Shown here piece after piece: positions 26,818 through 35,761 of a stretch of 53,953 nt of DNA. The stretch is from a virus (Duplodnaviria > Caudoviricetes), in the IMG/VR virus record IMGVR_UViG_3300044740_000035, positions 1 through 53,953 of that record. The stretch is one strand, 5' to 3'. Position 1 is the stretch's first letter. Each line of letters starts with the position of its first letter. The notes under the pieces were generated by a model. It searched no databases, had not been told where the DNA came from, and worked only from the letters and a program-made list of their open reading frames with translations. Both the position numbers and the translations under genes were made by a program.

Positions 26818-26913
26818 GAGCAGTCCTTTCATGACGGGATGGATCTGCGAATCAGCGGACGGCAATCCGCTGGTGAGAACAGGCCGGGCGTTCGCAGCGC
26901 CCGGCCGTTCGCG

Positions 26914-27270
26914 TTACTGGGGGTCGTCGAGGTGGTCGGACAGCCGCCTGTAAGGGCGGATGCCTTCGGGCAGGGTGTCGAGAAGTTCCGCCGCCTCCCT
27001 GTTCGGCCAGCGATCCGTGAGCGGCGCGCTACGACGGCGGTTGTGCTTCGGCTTCTCGTAGTGGATCGCCAGGAACTCGTGGGCCAGGGCGAGGTACCTG
27101 TCCGCGTACCACTCGATGCTCTTGCGGACTACTGACGACCACCAACGGCAGCTGTAGACCTTGTGCCCCTCCCAGCGCTTGCTCGGGTCGGCGCTGATGC
27201 CGACGTAGAGCAGCTGGCCGTCAGTGTCGTAGAGCCGATAGACCGCGGTGCGCTCGTCCGGTTCGTACAT
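26914..27270 (-). CDS. GIY-YIG nuclease family protein
   Basis: TAVYRLYD..LLYVGIS..RW.GH...E.LAIH.EKPKHN; RBS gaaggga. Confidence 0.85.
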   Translation of the reverse strand: MYEPDERTAVYRLYDTDGQLLYVGISADPSKRWEGHKVYSCRWWSSVVRKSIEWYADRYLALAHEFLAIHYEKPKHNRRRSAPLTDRWPNREAAELLDTLPEGIRPYRRLSDHLDDPQ

Positions 27271-27347
27271 GGGATCCCTTCGGCTGGATAGACAGAGGTG
27301 TCCCCTTGGCAGGTGTGCTCACTGTCACACCCTGACTACGCCAACGT

Positions 27348-27445
27348 ACCGTTCTAGAGCAATCAGCGCCAGTCTCTTGGGCGGACTCGTGGGGGAGGCG
27401 CATTGACCAGCGCCGATGTAGAGCGGGTAGCGTTGCTCTAGATGA
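27348..27445. promoter_or_regulatory. Putative GntR/Kor operators upstream of the regulator
   Basis: ACCGTTCTAGAGCAATCA (27348-27365, reverse orientation) and TTGCTCTAGATGA (27433-27445). Confidence 0.6.
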
Positions 27446-27466
27446 ATCCGTCCCTAAGGAGAACTA

Positions 27467-28234
27467 GTGACACCCAGGTCCGGCGAGACGCACAAGTACC
27501 GGGAGATCGCCGATGACCTACGCAGGCGCATCAAGGCCGGCGAGTTCGATGAAGACCGGAAGCTGCCCTCGGAGCGCAACCTCCTGGAGCAGTTCAAGGG
27601 GATCACCAAGTCGCAGATGACGATCCGCCAGGCGCTCGGCGTCCTTCGCGATGAGGGGCTGATCGAATCCCGGGTCGGCTCCGGCTGGTGGCTTGCCGAG
27701 TGGCGGCCGATTGTCCGCAACGCCCCTAAACGCCTTTCCGTCGACCTGTGGGGGCGGGGGCGGTCCATGTGGGATGTCGACATCGACGACCGTCGACTCG
27801 AGGTCGTGGGTAGAACGCATGTTGAGCTGGTCGACGCGCCTGAGGATGTCGCCCGCGCGCTGGACGTGGAGTTCGGTACCCGCGTCTGGAAGCGGGACCG
27901 CCGGTACGCCGTAGACGGCGAGATCGTCATGCGTGCCACGTCGTACATCCCCGACGAGTTTGCCCACGACACGCGGATCACCGAAAGCGACTCCGGCCCT
28001 GGCGGCACCTATGCCCGCCTGAAGGATGCCGGCCATGCCCCCGTGCAGTTCCGCGAACATCTGCGCTGCCGGCTGGCCGCACCTTCTGAGGTGGACGACC
28101 TGCACCTAGCAGCTGGCGCTCCCGTGATTGAGCAGCACCGGTCGGCGATGCGGGAGGACGGGCGTGTCGTTGAGATTAACCGAATGGTTCTAGACGCCTC
28201 GAGATTCCTCCTCGTGTACGACTTCCCGGCCTGA
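27467..28234 (+). CDS. GntR-family (HutC/UTRA) repressor, KorSA-like
   Basis: YREIADDLRRRIKAG..KLPSER..TIRQALGVLRDEGLIESRVGSG wHTH + C-terminal UTRA; RBS taaggag. Confidence 0.92.
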   Translation: MTPRSGETHKYREIADDLRRRIKAGEFDEDRKLPSERNLLEQFKGITKSQMTIRQALGVLRDEGLIESRVGSGWWLAEWRPIVRNAPKRLSVDLWGRGRSMWDVDIDDRRLEVVGRTHVELVDAPEDVARALDVEFGTRVWKRDRRYAVDGEIVMRATSYIPDEFAHDTRITESDSGPGGTYARLKDAGHAPVQFREHLRCRLAAPSEVDDLHLAAGAPVIEQHRSAMREDGRVVEINRMVLDASRFLLVYDFPA

Positions 28235-28245
28235 CCTGCCGTTTC

Positions 28246-28278
28246 GGCCCTCACCCTGCGGGGTGGGGGCCCTTTTTT
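28246..28278 (+). terminator. Intrinsic terminator after the GntR gene
   Basis: GGCCCTCACCC-tgcg-GGGTGGGGGCC then C and T6. Confidence 0.8.
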
Positions 28279-28298
28279 GTGTCCGAATATTGCTCCTC

Positions 28299-28331
28299 TT
28301 GCTCTAGAACGATTGATTGCTCTGGAGCGGT
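28299..28331 (+). promoter_or_regulatory. Putative GntR/Kor operators upstream of the transfer operon
   Basis: TTGCTCTAGAACG (28299-28311) and TGATTGCTCTGGAGCGGT (28314-28331), matching the 27348 box. Confidence 0.65.
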
Positions 28332-28379
28332 CTGCTTTCATCTACATGTCCGCCCCAGTCGACCGCAGGGGAGCACTCA

Positions 28380-28607
28380 GTGACGTCTGCTTTCGTCGCC
28401 CCCACGGGCGACTACCTGACCACCGGAGAGGTGGGCCGCCGTATCGGCGGCACCTCCCAGCACGTGCGTCAGCTGATCAAGTCCGGCCGTCTCGCGGCGA
28501 TCGACATCGCCAAGGGCCACGGTCGCCCCCGATTCCGAGTTTCCGAGGCCGCGCTCGCGGAGTTCCTTCGCGCCGCCGCCGTGACGACCACCACGGAGGT
28601 GGCCTGA
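28380..28607 (+). CDS. Excisionase-like HTH protein
   Basis: YLTTGEVGRRIGGTSQHVRQLIKSGRL.A..RFRV; RBS aggggag. Confidence 0.82.
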   Translation: MTSAFVAPTGDYLTTGEVGRRIGGTSQHVRQLIKSGRLAAIDIAKGHGRPRFRVSEAALAEFLRAAAVTTTTEVA

Positions 28608-28930
28608 TGACCAGCACCACCGCAACCCCCACGAACCTGCCTCCGGCAGCCCGCGACGCGATGGCCCGCCTGGAGCGGGCGTTCGCCGGCCGTTCCACCG
28701 CCGATGTCCTCGCCCGCGAGGCCGGCTCCCATGTCTCGGAGGAGATCCGCCGGATTGTGGTCCGGTTCGAGATCGCCGCCGCGACGGTGGACCGCCTGTC
28801 CCGTGTGGACGCCCGGGACATGTCGGCCGCCCAGTTCGACCACCTCGCCGACGCGCAGGAGCAGATGGCGGAGCACCGGGCGACGCTTGCCGCCGCCGGT
28901 CAGCTGCACCTGATCGAGGTGGCGTCGTGA
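28607..28930 (+). CDS. Hypothetical protein
   Basis: RBS ggagg, TGATG coupling. Confidence 0.65.
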   Translation: MTSTTATPTNLPPAARDAMARLERAFAGRSTADVLAREAGSHVSEEIRRIVVRFEIAAATVDRLSRVDARDMSAAQFDHLADAQEQMAEHRATLAAAGQLHLIEVAS

Positions 28931-29304
28931 GCAGGAAGTCGTTCGCCGAGACGCTCGCCAGCGAGGTCGCCTACCTGCGGGAGATGTACAACCGGCAGGG
29001 CAACGGCTACGCGGAGAAGAAGGCCAAGCATTCCGTGATACAGGCCGGGCTGTTCAAGACAGCCGGTGACGCCCGCGTGTACGTCGGCGTGGAGCTGACC
29101 TATGACATGGGCATCCGCCCCACCGTGGCCGCCCTCTGTGACGGCTTCGGATGCGCGGACCCGCGCTTCGAGCGCCCTTCCGGGAGTCTCCGGTCGGACG
29201 CGGATGTCGCCGAGTACGTGAAGGGCGACCTGGCCGAGGTCCGGAAGTGGGCACAGGCGCACGCCGAGACGTGCCGGGCGATGCCGGAAGGAGCAGCGTC
29301 GTGA
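28927..29304 (+). CDS. Hypothetical protein (possible zinc site)
   Basis: CDGFGC...WAQAHAETCRAMP; coupled. Confidence 0.7.
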   Translation: MSRKSFAETLASEVAYLREMYNRQGNGYAEKKAKHSVIQAGLFKTAGDARVYVGVELTYDMGIRPTVAALCDGFGCADPRFERPSGSLRSDADVAEYVKGDLAEVRKWAQAHAETCRAMPEGAAS

Positions 29305-29465
29305 CCGCCCGCGAGATCCTCGCCGAGTTCCCGGCTGGCGGCCCGCGCGGGTCGCGGCCGGCGGAGAAGAAGGCGCAGGAGTTCCGCAACGCTGGAACCC
29401 CCGCCGAGGTCCGCATGGATCTTCCGAACGACCTGTTCATCGTCGTCCCGGAGGGGGAGCGGTGA
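29301..29465 (+). CDS. Small hypothetical protein
   Basis: RBS aaggag, GTGA coupling. Confidence 0.6.
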   Translation: MTAREILAEFPAGGPRGSRPAEKKAQEFRNAGTPAEVRMDLPNDLFIVVPEGER

Positions 29466-29806
29466 TGGTCGAGAACCGGATGCTGCTGCGGTGGCAGCGG
29501 GAGGCGCACCGTGCGGTCGCCGACTTCCTCGCCGCCGCGGACGCCCTGGACCTGCCGGCCATCACCTGGACCATCGCCGAGACTGGTGCGGTCACTGGCG
29601 CGGTTCACGGCCTGGGCCGCACCCCGGAGGGGCAGCGCGCCACCGTCGAGGCTTGGGCCCGCTACGTCAACCTTCCGATTGCCGAGCGCACCCGCAGGGA
29701 CGGCGGCGTCACGCTCACCGTCCGCTTCAAGACGGAGACGATGGTCGGCGGTGTGATCCGCGCCGACATCGCCCCGCCGACCGACCGCGAGGACGAGCGG
29801 CCGTGA
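29462..29806 (+). CDS. Hypothetical protein
   Basis: Coupled; high GC3. Confidence 0.65.
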   Translation: MMVENRMLLRWQREAHRAVADFLAAADALDLPAITWTIAETGAVTGAVHGLGRTPEGQRATVEAWARYVNLPIAERTRRDGGVTLTVRFKTETMVGGVIRADIAPPTDREDERP

Positions 29807-30001
29807 CCGCCGCCGAGCGCGAGGCGATGCACAGCAAGCTCGCGAAGGTCAACGGCCGCAGCGAGCACCCGCTACCGAAGTAGCGGCCCCCGATCGTCGC
29901 GGGTGGCGGGGAAGTTCCGAATCCCCCGCGGCCTCCGCCGCCCGCGACTCTCCATCCCGTATCACCTCCCCAATCCCGCTGATCCGAGAGGGCTATGAGC
30001 C

Positions 30002-30238
30002 ATGTCCACGTACCTGTCCGACGCCGACCTCGCCACGACCACGCCGCTGGCTTCCCGCCGCCGAGCCACGACCACGGTCGCCGACGCGATCGCCGACCTG
30101 TTCGGCGACGACTTCTCCCGCGCCCTGTACCGGGAGACGAAGTACGCGGTGCCCGACTCCGAGCGCCTGACGTGCCCGGTCCACCAGGACTGGCGATCCA
30201 ACTGCGACCACCTCCACTTCCAGCGGCCCGCCGCCTGA
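30002..30238 (+). CDS. Hypothetical protein (Cys/His C-terminus)
   Basis: TCPVHQDWRSNCDHLH. Confidence 0.62.
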   Translation: MSTYLSDADLATTTPLASRRRATTTVADAIADLFGDDFSRALYRETKYAVPDSERLTCPVHQDWRSNCDHLHFQRPAA

Positions 30239-30330
30239 ACCCACCGACCGCCGCGCTGGCGGATGACCACGGCTCCCCGGCCCGCCAGCGCGGCACCCAC
30301 AACCACCCACCGATCCGAGAGGAGCGCTTC

Positions 30331-30507
30331 GTGCGCCGCAGCTTCAAGTTCACCGCGACCGTCACCGACAAGACCGGCGCGACGAGGCAGGTCAACGACA
30401 CCGCGAACTTCGACCACCCGGTCTCGAAGGCGGACGCGCTGACCGCGATCCGTAACGAGCTCAACCGGCAGGGCACGCCCGGCACCGGCATCCAGATCGT
30501 CGACTGA
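30331..30507 (+). CDS. Small hypothetical protein
   Basis: RBS gaggag; high GC3. Confidence 0.6.
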   Translation: MRRSFKFTATVTDKTGATRQVNDTANFDHPVSKADALTAIRNELNRQGTPGTGIQIVD

Positions 30508-30552
30508 CCGGCTGCCCGATCCGCCCACCCCAGCCACCTGAAGGAGAACGCC

Positions 30553-30648
30553 ATGTCCGCCCCTGACTACGACGCCCCTCCGCCGGTCTTCGAGAGCGAC
30601 GACAACGGCATGCGCGGTGCCACCGAGGAAGACGACAGCGACAGATGA
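30553..30648 (+). CDS. Acidic micropeptide
   Basis: RBS aaggag; MSAPDYDAPPPVFESDDNGMRGATEEDDSDR. Confidence 0.45.
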   Translation: MSAPDYDAPPPVFESDDNGMRGATEEDDSDR

Positions 30649-30743
30649 CCGACTGTCTGTCCGCCCCGGCCCCCCGACCGGGGCGGGCGAAGAACTGGCG
30701 CAGCAGCACCCCCTCCGTCCGTCCGACCCGAGAAGAGGTCGTC

Positions 30744-30947
30744 ATGTTCCGCATCATCCTGTTCGTCCTGCTGGGGCTCTACCTGATCGCCGTGGGCCTG
30801 TGGCCGTCCGCCGCCGCGCCCGTGTCCCTGATGTTCGCCGGGATGGCCGCGATTGCCGGGCTGATCCCTGGCCCCGTGCTCGCCATCGGCGTCGTCGTCG
30901 CGTGGCTGAAGTACCGGCCCGCACCCGCCCAGCCCGCCACTGTCTGA
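30744..30947 (+). CDS. Small Spd-like membrane protein
   Basis: Almost entirely hydrophobic, two TM segments; lies in the transfer operon. Confidence 0.65.
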   Translation: MFRIILFVLLGLYLIAVGLWPSAAAPVSLMFAGMAAIAGLIPGPVLAIGVVVAWLKYRPAPAQPATV

Positions 30948-30957
30948 GGAGACCGCG

Positions 30958-31161
30958 ATGCCGTTCACGTTCCGCAAGTCGTTCCGGATCCTGCCCGGGG
31001 TCCGCCTCAACATCAACCGGCGCTCCTGGTCGATCACGTTGGGCGGCAAGGGCGGCCCGCACTACACCCGCAGCTCCACCGGGCGCCGCACCACGTCGTT
31101 CGACCTGCCCGGCCCGTTCGGATACCGCTCCACCCGATCCCGACGAAACCGAGAGGACTGA
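30958..31161 (+). CDS. DUF4236-like small basic protein
   Basis: FRKSFRILPGVRLNINRRS.S.T.G. Confidence 0.75.
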   Translation: MPFTFRKSFRILPGVRLNINRRSWSITLGGKGGPHYTRSSTGRRTTSFDLPGPFGYRSTRSRRNRED

Positions 31162-31166
31162 TCATC

Positions 31167-31376
31167 GTGAGCCGCTACCTCGAAGAGGCCGCCGAACTGC
31201 TTCGAAAGGCAGCCAAGACCAACGAGGAGGACAACGAAGACTACCCGTCGCTCCTCGTCGAGGGACGTGAGCGGATCGCTCGCGAGTTCGCCGTGCTCGC
31301 CGCGATCGACAAGGGCCTGCTGCCCGCTGAGATCAGCCAGGACGTCATCGAGTCCGTCATCAACGACCGCGCCTGA
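31167..31376 (+). CDS. Hypothetical protein
   Basis: RBS gagga; helical. Confidence 0.6.
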   Translation: MSRYLEEAAELLRKAAKTNEEDNEDYPSLLVEGRERIAREFAVLAAIDKGLLPAEISQDVIESVINDRA

Positions 31377-31400
31377 ACGCAAGGAAGGACACCGATCATC

Positions 31401-32837
31401 GTGACCGCCCAGTCCGTCGAGAAGAAGGTGAACGGGACGACCGTTGCCTCGCCCGTACTCGGGGAGGGGCGGCCGAAGCCCGACGAGGAACAGCACACCC
31501 CCAACACCCCGGCCGGTCCGTCCCGCCGGGAGGAGAAGCGTGAAGACCGCCGAGCTGACCGGGCGGAGGCCCGTGCCGACCGGCGCGAGGACGGCGAGGA
31601 GAAGCGCCGCGAGCGCGAGCACAAGCAGAAGATCAAAGAGCAGGCGCGGCAGGCGAAACTGGAGCGCAAGCAGCAGAAGCGCGCCGACAGGGACAAGGCC
31701 CGCGCCCGCCGCCGCAAGGAGCGCCGCACGGCCTGGCACAACGTGCAGGTGAAACTCGCGCACCACATGCCGCTGTGGGGGCTCCCGGTTGTCGCCGTCT
31801 CCCTGGTCATGGGCTGGTCCGGGCAGGCGCAAGCCGCCGCACACCTCGGCATGGGCTGGGCGGCCCCCGGCGTGCCCGTGCTCACCGAGGGCATGACGAT
31901 GACCACCGCCGGGCTCACCGGGCAGGCCATCGAGCAGGGGCGGCCGTACAAGTGGCTGCTGCGCATCACCTGGGCCAACGCGATTGTCGCCGCCGCGGTG
32001 AACGCTCTCGGTCACCTGATCGAGGACGACTCGGCGGCTGGCATGTACCGGGCCGCGGCCTACGCGGTCGCCTCGCTGGCGGGCCTGGCCTTGTTCGCGG
32101 TGGTGCTGCGGTCGCGGCGGGCCGCGATCTCCGGGAAGACCGCGGAGGAGATCGCCCGCTGGAAGCGGCTGCGGCGCCGTCACCCGATCCTGGTTCACCG
32201 CGCCCGCCGGATCGCCGACAACACCGGGGCGAGTCTCGCAGCCGCCTACGCCACGGCGTGGGAGCGGGCGAACGGGGCCAAGCCGGGGGAGCCGTCGATC
32301 CGCGAGATCCGTGCTTCCCGCCGCGCCGCGTACCGGCGCCGGGTCGCCGAGTCCTGGAGCGGCCGGCGCTGGTTCGGGCGGGACGCGGACGCGCTCCCGC
32401 AGATGGTTCCCGCCGCCAAGACGGACACGGCGGACGCGCCCCAGGGCGACGCTTCCGGTGGTGCGCGTACCCCCGTACAGCCCCCCGTTCTTCCGGTCGC
32501 CCTGCTGGTTCCCGGCGGGCGCGGGGAGTGGGTTGAGCATCGCGTGCCGGTGCTTCCGATGTCGTCCCCGAAGCGCGCCCGAACCAAGGGTGACGGGACC
32601 GCTACAACCCGCTTCCCGCAAGGGAAGGACACGCTTTCGAAGCGCGTCCGCGAAGACGTCGCCGACGACCGTCTCGAGACCGTTCGCAAGCTCGTAGCGG
32701 AAGCCGCCGCCGCGCACCAAGACCTCCGGAAGCACCCCTCCAACCGTGCCGTCGCCCGCGCCGTCGGATGCCGCCCGGGAACCGCCCGCGAACTCCTCGC
32801 CACCGTGCTCGCCGAGCGCGGCATCACCCGCCAGTAG
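31401..32837 (+). CDS. SpdB2/DUF2637-like plasmid-spread membrane protein
   Basis: N-terminal coiled coil, about 4 TM helices, Pro-rich linker, C-terminal HTH (PSNRAVARAVGCRPGTA); directly upstream of TraB. Confidence 0.72.
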   Translation: MTAQSVEKKVNGTTVASPVLGEGRPKPDEEQHTPNTPAGPSRREEKREDRRADRAEARADRREDGEEKRREREHKQKIKEQARQAKLERKQQKRADRDKARARRRKERRTAWHNVQVKLAHHMPLWGLPVVAVSLVMGWSGQAQAAAHLGMGWAAPGVPVLTEGMTMTTAGLTGQAIEQGRPYKWLLRITWANAIVAAAVNALGHLIEDDSAAGMYRAAAYAVASLAGLALFAVVLRSRRAAISGKTAEEIARWKRLRRRHPILVHRARRIADNTGASLAAAYATAWERANGAKPGEPSIREIRASRRAAYRRRVAESWSGRRWFGRDADALPQMVPAAKTDTADAPQGDASGGARTPVQPPVLPVALLVPGGRGEWVEHRVPVLPMSSPKRARTKGDGTATTRFPQGKDTLSKRVREDVADDRLETVRKLVAEAAAAHQDLRKHPSNRAVARAVGCRPGTARELLATVLAERGITRQ

Positions 32838-32867
32838 ACCGCCGAGAAGAAGGACTGAGACCCCGCC

Positions 32868-34928
32868 ATGGCCACCCCGACCACGACCCAGACGACCGCG
32901 GCGGCGCCCGAGCAGACGTCCGTCGTCCGCCCGCTCGACTACCCCGTCGACAAGGAGCCGGCGACCCCGCAGCGCGCCCTGCCCGCGTGGGTGTATTCGA
33001 AGGCGGCGCTGGCCCGCCGGACCGCCCGCGCGGTCGGCTTCCACCCGTCCGTTGTGTGGATCGGATGGACCGCCCGCGGCTGGTTCCACACCGGCCGGGC
33101 CGTTAAGAACGGCTACCGCCGCAACTACCCGCAGATGATCCGCACCGCCAGCGCCGCCGTGAAGGCCGTCGCGGGCGACATGGCCAAGGAAGCGCAGGCG
33201 TCCGCGGTCGAGCGTCGCCGCATCGAGGAGTACAAGGAGCACCGCCGCGACTTCCTGATCAAGCACGGGGCGTGGACCCTCCCCATCGCCGGGGCCGCCA
33301 CCTACGGCGCCGTCGAAGGCGGCACGTGGGTGAGCGTCCTGTACGCCGTGGCTGCGGTTGCGGCCGGCGCCTGGCGCGGCCGTCCGAAGGGTGTCGACCC
33401 GGGCAAGGTGGAGGTGCTCGCCGGGGACGGCGACCCGTTCCCGATCGCCGACGCCCGCAACCGTACCGAGGCCGCCGAGTGTGTGCGCCGGGCGCTCGCC
33501 TCGGAGGGCATCCAGGTGAAGGAGGTGGAGGCGAACCGCCGCTACGACTGGGGATGGGAGGTCACCGTCCGTCTTGCGAAGGGCAAGCCCGCCGACATCG
33601 TCACCAAGGCACCGGACCTGGAAACCCCGCTCGACCTGCCGGAGAACGGTCTGCTGTGCCAGCCTGTGCGCGAGTCCCGCGGGCGGGTTGTTCTCCGACT
33701 CGTGCAGTCGGATCCGTTCGCAAAGATGCCGGGCGCCCCGGAGCGGAAGCCGAACAGCCGACGCATGCGGGACAAGCAGATCCTCGCCCACCGCATGGAC
33801 GGCCGCCCGTTCGAGGCGTCCCTGCTCGGAGTGCACACGATCGTCGTCGCCTCCTCCGGAGGCGGCAAGTCGGTGATCCTCCGCACGATGGCCGACGCGC
33901 TCACCGCCTGCTCCGATGTCCTCGTCGGCGACCTCGACCCGGGCGGCAACGGGCTCGCCCCGCTCGCCGAAGCCCTTGGTGTCCGCGCGATCGGCGACGA
34001 CAACATGGGGCAGATCGAGGCCATCCTCGACCAGGCCCTGCGGATCGCGAAGGCGCGCCCCGCGCTGTTCGCGAAGCTCGGCATGCGGGAGAACTGGGAG
34101 CCATCGCCGGAGCGGCCAGCGATCGTCCTGTTCATCGACGAGTACCCGCAGTTGTCCGACCGGGCAAAGGAACTCGCCGTGAAGATCCTGCAGACGGGCC
34201 GGAAGTCCCGCGTGCAGCTCATCCTCGCTACGCAGGAAGCGACGAAGGACGCGATCGGCAAGACCATTGCCGACTCGATCGCACTGAAGATCGTCGGCCC
34301 GTCGCGGCACCAGGACGTCGTGCAGGTCTTCGGCTCCGGGGCGATCGGTGAAGGCTGGCGCCCAGACCGGCTCGACCCCGCGGAGGGCAATGCCGAGGGC
34401 GACGACCTGCGTGACGCCTCCCAGGCGTACATCCGCGGCGGCGGCTCCCGTGAACCGCTGAAGCACAAGTTTCTGTTCCTGGAGGACAAGGAGGGCCGGC
34501 GCCGCGCCCGGGAGCGCGCCGCCGCTGGCCGACCCGAGGTGGACGCCGAGTCGCTCGCCGCTGCGGGCCTGGATCACTTCGGGGCGACGGAGGCGGACCG
34601 GCTCCGCTCCGACCTGCCGAAGATCGTGATGATGGTGCGGGGCGCGTTCGCCGCCGACGACGACCCGAAGTTCATGTCGACCCTGGCGATCTGGGAGTAC
34701 CTCGCCGCGCACGACCCGGACTCGTGGGCGCTGTCCTTGTTCGGCGACGACGAGGTGAAGTCGCGCCGGACGGCAGCCCAGCGCGTCTCTGCCGACCTGA
34801 AGAAGGCTGTCGATGCCATGGGCCTGGACATCGACATGTCGACCGTTCAGATCACCGGCGGAGCGCGCGGCTACCGCCTCGACACGATCAAGCAGATAAC
34901 GGGCGAGGCCACCGCCGAGGCCGCCTGA
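32868..34928 (+). CDS. traB: FtsK/SpoIIIE-family conjugative DNA translocase (TraB/TraSA-like)
   Basis: N-terminal TM pair, Walker A ASSGGGKS, Walker B IVLFIDE, LILATQ, C-terminal wHTH ending ARGYRL; followed by 8-bp repeats. Confidence 0.85.
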   Translation: MATPTTTQTTAAAPEQTSVVRPLDYPVDKEPATPQRALPAWVYSKAALARRTARAVGFHPSVVWIGWTARGWFHTGRAVKNGYRRNYPQMIRTASAAVKAVAGDMAKEAQASAVERRRIEEYKEHRRDFLIKHGAWTLPIAGAATYGAVEGGTWVSVLYAVAAVAAGAWRGRPKGVDPGKVEVLAGDGDPFPIADARNRTEAAECVRRALASEGIQVKEVEANRRYDWGWEVTVRLAKGKPADIVTKAPDLETPLDLPENGLLCQPVRESRGRVVLRLVQSDPFAKMPGAPERKPNSRRMRDKQILAHRMDGRPFEASLLGVHTIVVASSGGGKSVILRTMADALTACSDVLVGDLDPGGNGLAPLAEALGVRAIGDDNMGQIEAILDQALRIAKARPALFAKLGMRENWEPSPERPAIVLFIDEYPQLSDRAKELAVKILQTGRKSRVQLILATQEATKDAIGKTIADSIALKIVGPSRHQDVVQVFGSGAIGEGWRPDRLDPAEGNAEGDDLRDASQAYIRGGGSREPLKHKFLFLEDKEGRRRARERAAAGRPEVDAESLAAAGLDHFGATEADRLRSDLPKIVMMVRGAFAADDDPKFMSTLAIWEYLAAHDPDSWALSLFGDDEVKSRRTAAQRVSADLKKAVDAMGLDIDMSTVQITGGARGYRLDTIKQITGEATAEAA

Positions 34929-34930
34929 GA

Positions 34931-35091
34931 GGTCGTGACGGGGTCGTGACGCCGCAGGTCACGGTCGTGACCCCGGTCGTGACGGGGTCGTGAGAACCCC
35001 CTCGAGGTGGTGATCCCGTCACGGCCCATCACAACCACCGTCACAGCTCTGACCTGGACAGTCACGACCCATCACGACCCGCATCACGACC
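34931..35091. repeat. clt-like array of 8-bp TraB recognition repeats
   Basis: GGTCGTGA at 34931, 34942, 34963, 34975, 34986 (variant 35006); reverse TCACGACC at 35062, 35072, 35084 (variants 35019, 35029, 35041). Confidence 0.78.
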
Positions 35092-35114
35092 AGAAATAGG
35101 AAGGAGATCCCGGA

Positions 35115-35747
35115 ATGGCCGTCACGCTGAAGATCGTCGAAATGACGATCGACGGGCACCCCTACGGCTGCCCCGACTGCGCCTCGCCGACCTTCGCGCT
35201 CGACGGCCGCGGAATCCTCGACGCGTTCCCCGCGTGGGGCAACTGCCCGTCCTCCCACAGCTGGGAAGACCCCCTCATCACCATCGGCGTCCTCAAGGAG
35301 ATCCGGGGCGCCAGCACCGGCCGTGAGCGCGCCGAGGACGACGACACGTTCGAGATCGACGTCCACGGCGCCAGGCTCGCCGGGATCCTGTACCCCGAGC
35401 TGATCGTCGACGACATCAAGCGCGCGGCCCGCGACGTGTACTGGAAGCGGCTGATCAAGCCCGCGATCCGCAAGCAGAAGAACCGGGCTGTGCGTTCCGT
35501 GAAGCGCGGGGTCAGCCGCGCGGTAAAGCGGCCCGTCTCCAACACGGTGGCCGCCGCCAAAGCCGCCGCGATCGGCGCCGCCTGGGGCATCCAGGCCGGC
35601 GGCCACGAACCCGACCCCGACTACCAGCCAGAGCCCATCAATCCGTGCCCCGCCTGTGACGAGGGCTGGATCAAGATCGAGTCCCGCGTCCACGGCAAGA
35701 CCACCGTCCGCTGCTCCGTGTGCCTCGGCACCGGCGAAATCGACTAG
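35115..35747 (+). CDS. Zinc-binding hypothetical protein
   Basis: RBS aaggag; CPDC and C-terminal CPAC.EG/CSVC.GTG. Confidence 0.72.
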   Translation: MAVTLKIVEMTIDGHPYGCPDCASPTFALDGRGILDAFPAWGNCPSSHSWEDPLITIGVLKEIRGASTGRERAEDDDTFEIDVHGARLAGILYPELIVDDIKRAARDVYWKRLIKPAIRKQKNRAVRSVKRGVSRAVKRPVSNTVAAAKAAAIGAAWGIQAGGHEPDPDYQPEPINPCPACDEGWIKIESRVHGKTTVRCSVCLGTGEID

Positions 35748-35761
35748 GAGACCAACCCGCC

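Larger units (their letters stand above)
24182..35091. mobile_element. pSAM2/plasmid-like conjugative transfer module embedded in the prophage (boundaries approximate)
   Basis: NUDIX + GntR/UTRA repressor + Spd-like membrane genes + FtsK TraB + clt-like repeats; no integrase or Rep seen. Confidence 0.75.

Noticed and set aside
25012-27135. 707-aa plus-strand ORF (similarly 17711-19519, 48000-49427, 49814-51091 on minus)
   Set aside because: Antisense shadows of genes with clear motifs on the other strand.
31062-34712. 1216-aa minus-strand ORF
   Set aside because: Antisense shadow of the Spd-like and traB genes; high-GC3 coding leaves the opposite strand stop-poor; no motifs.
34931-35091. 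CRISPR array
   Set aside because: Repeats are 8 bp with mostly 2-4 bp gaps, no unique spacers and no cas genes; fits clt/TRS repeats.
24182-35091. Autonomous AICE or integrated plasmid
   Set aside because: No integrase, RepSA/Rep or flanking att direct repeats could be identified by eye; not fully excluded without a repeat search.
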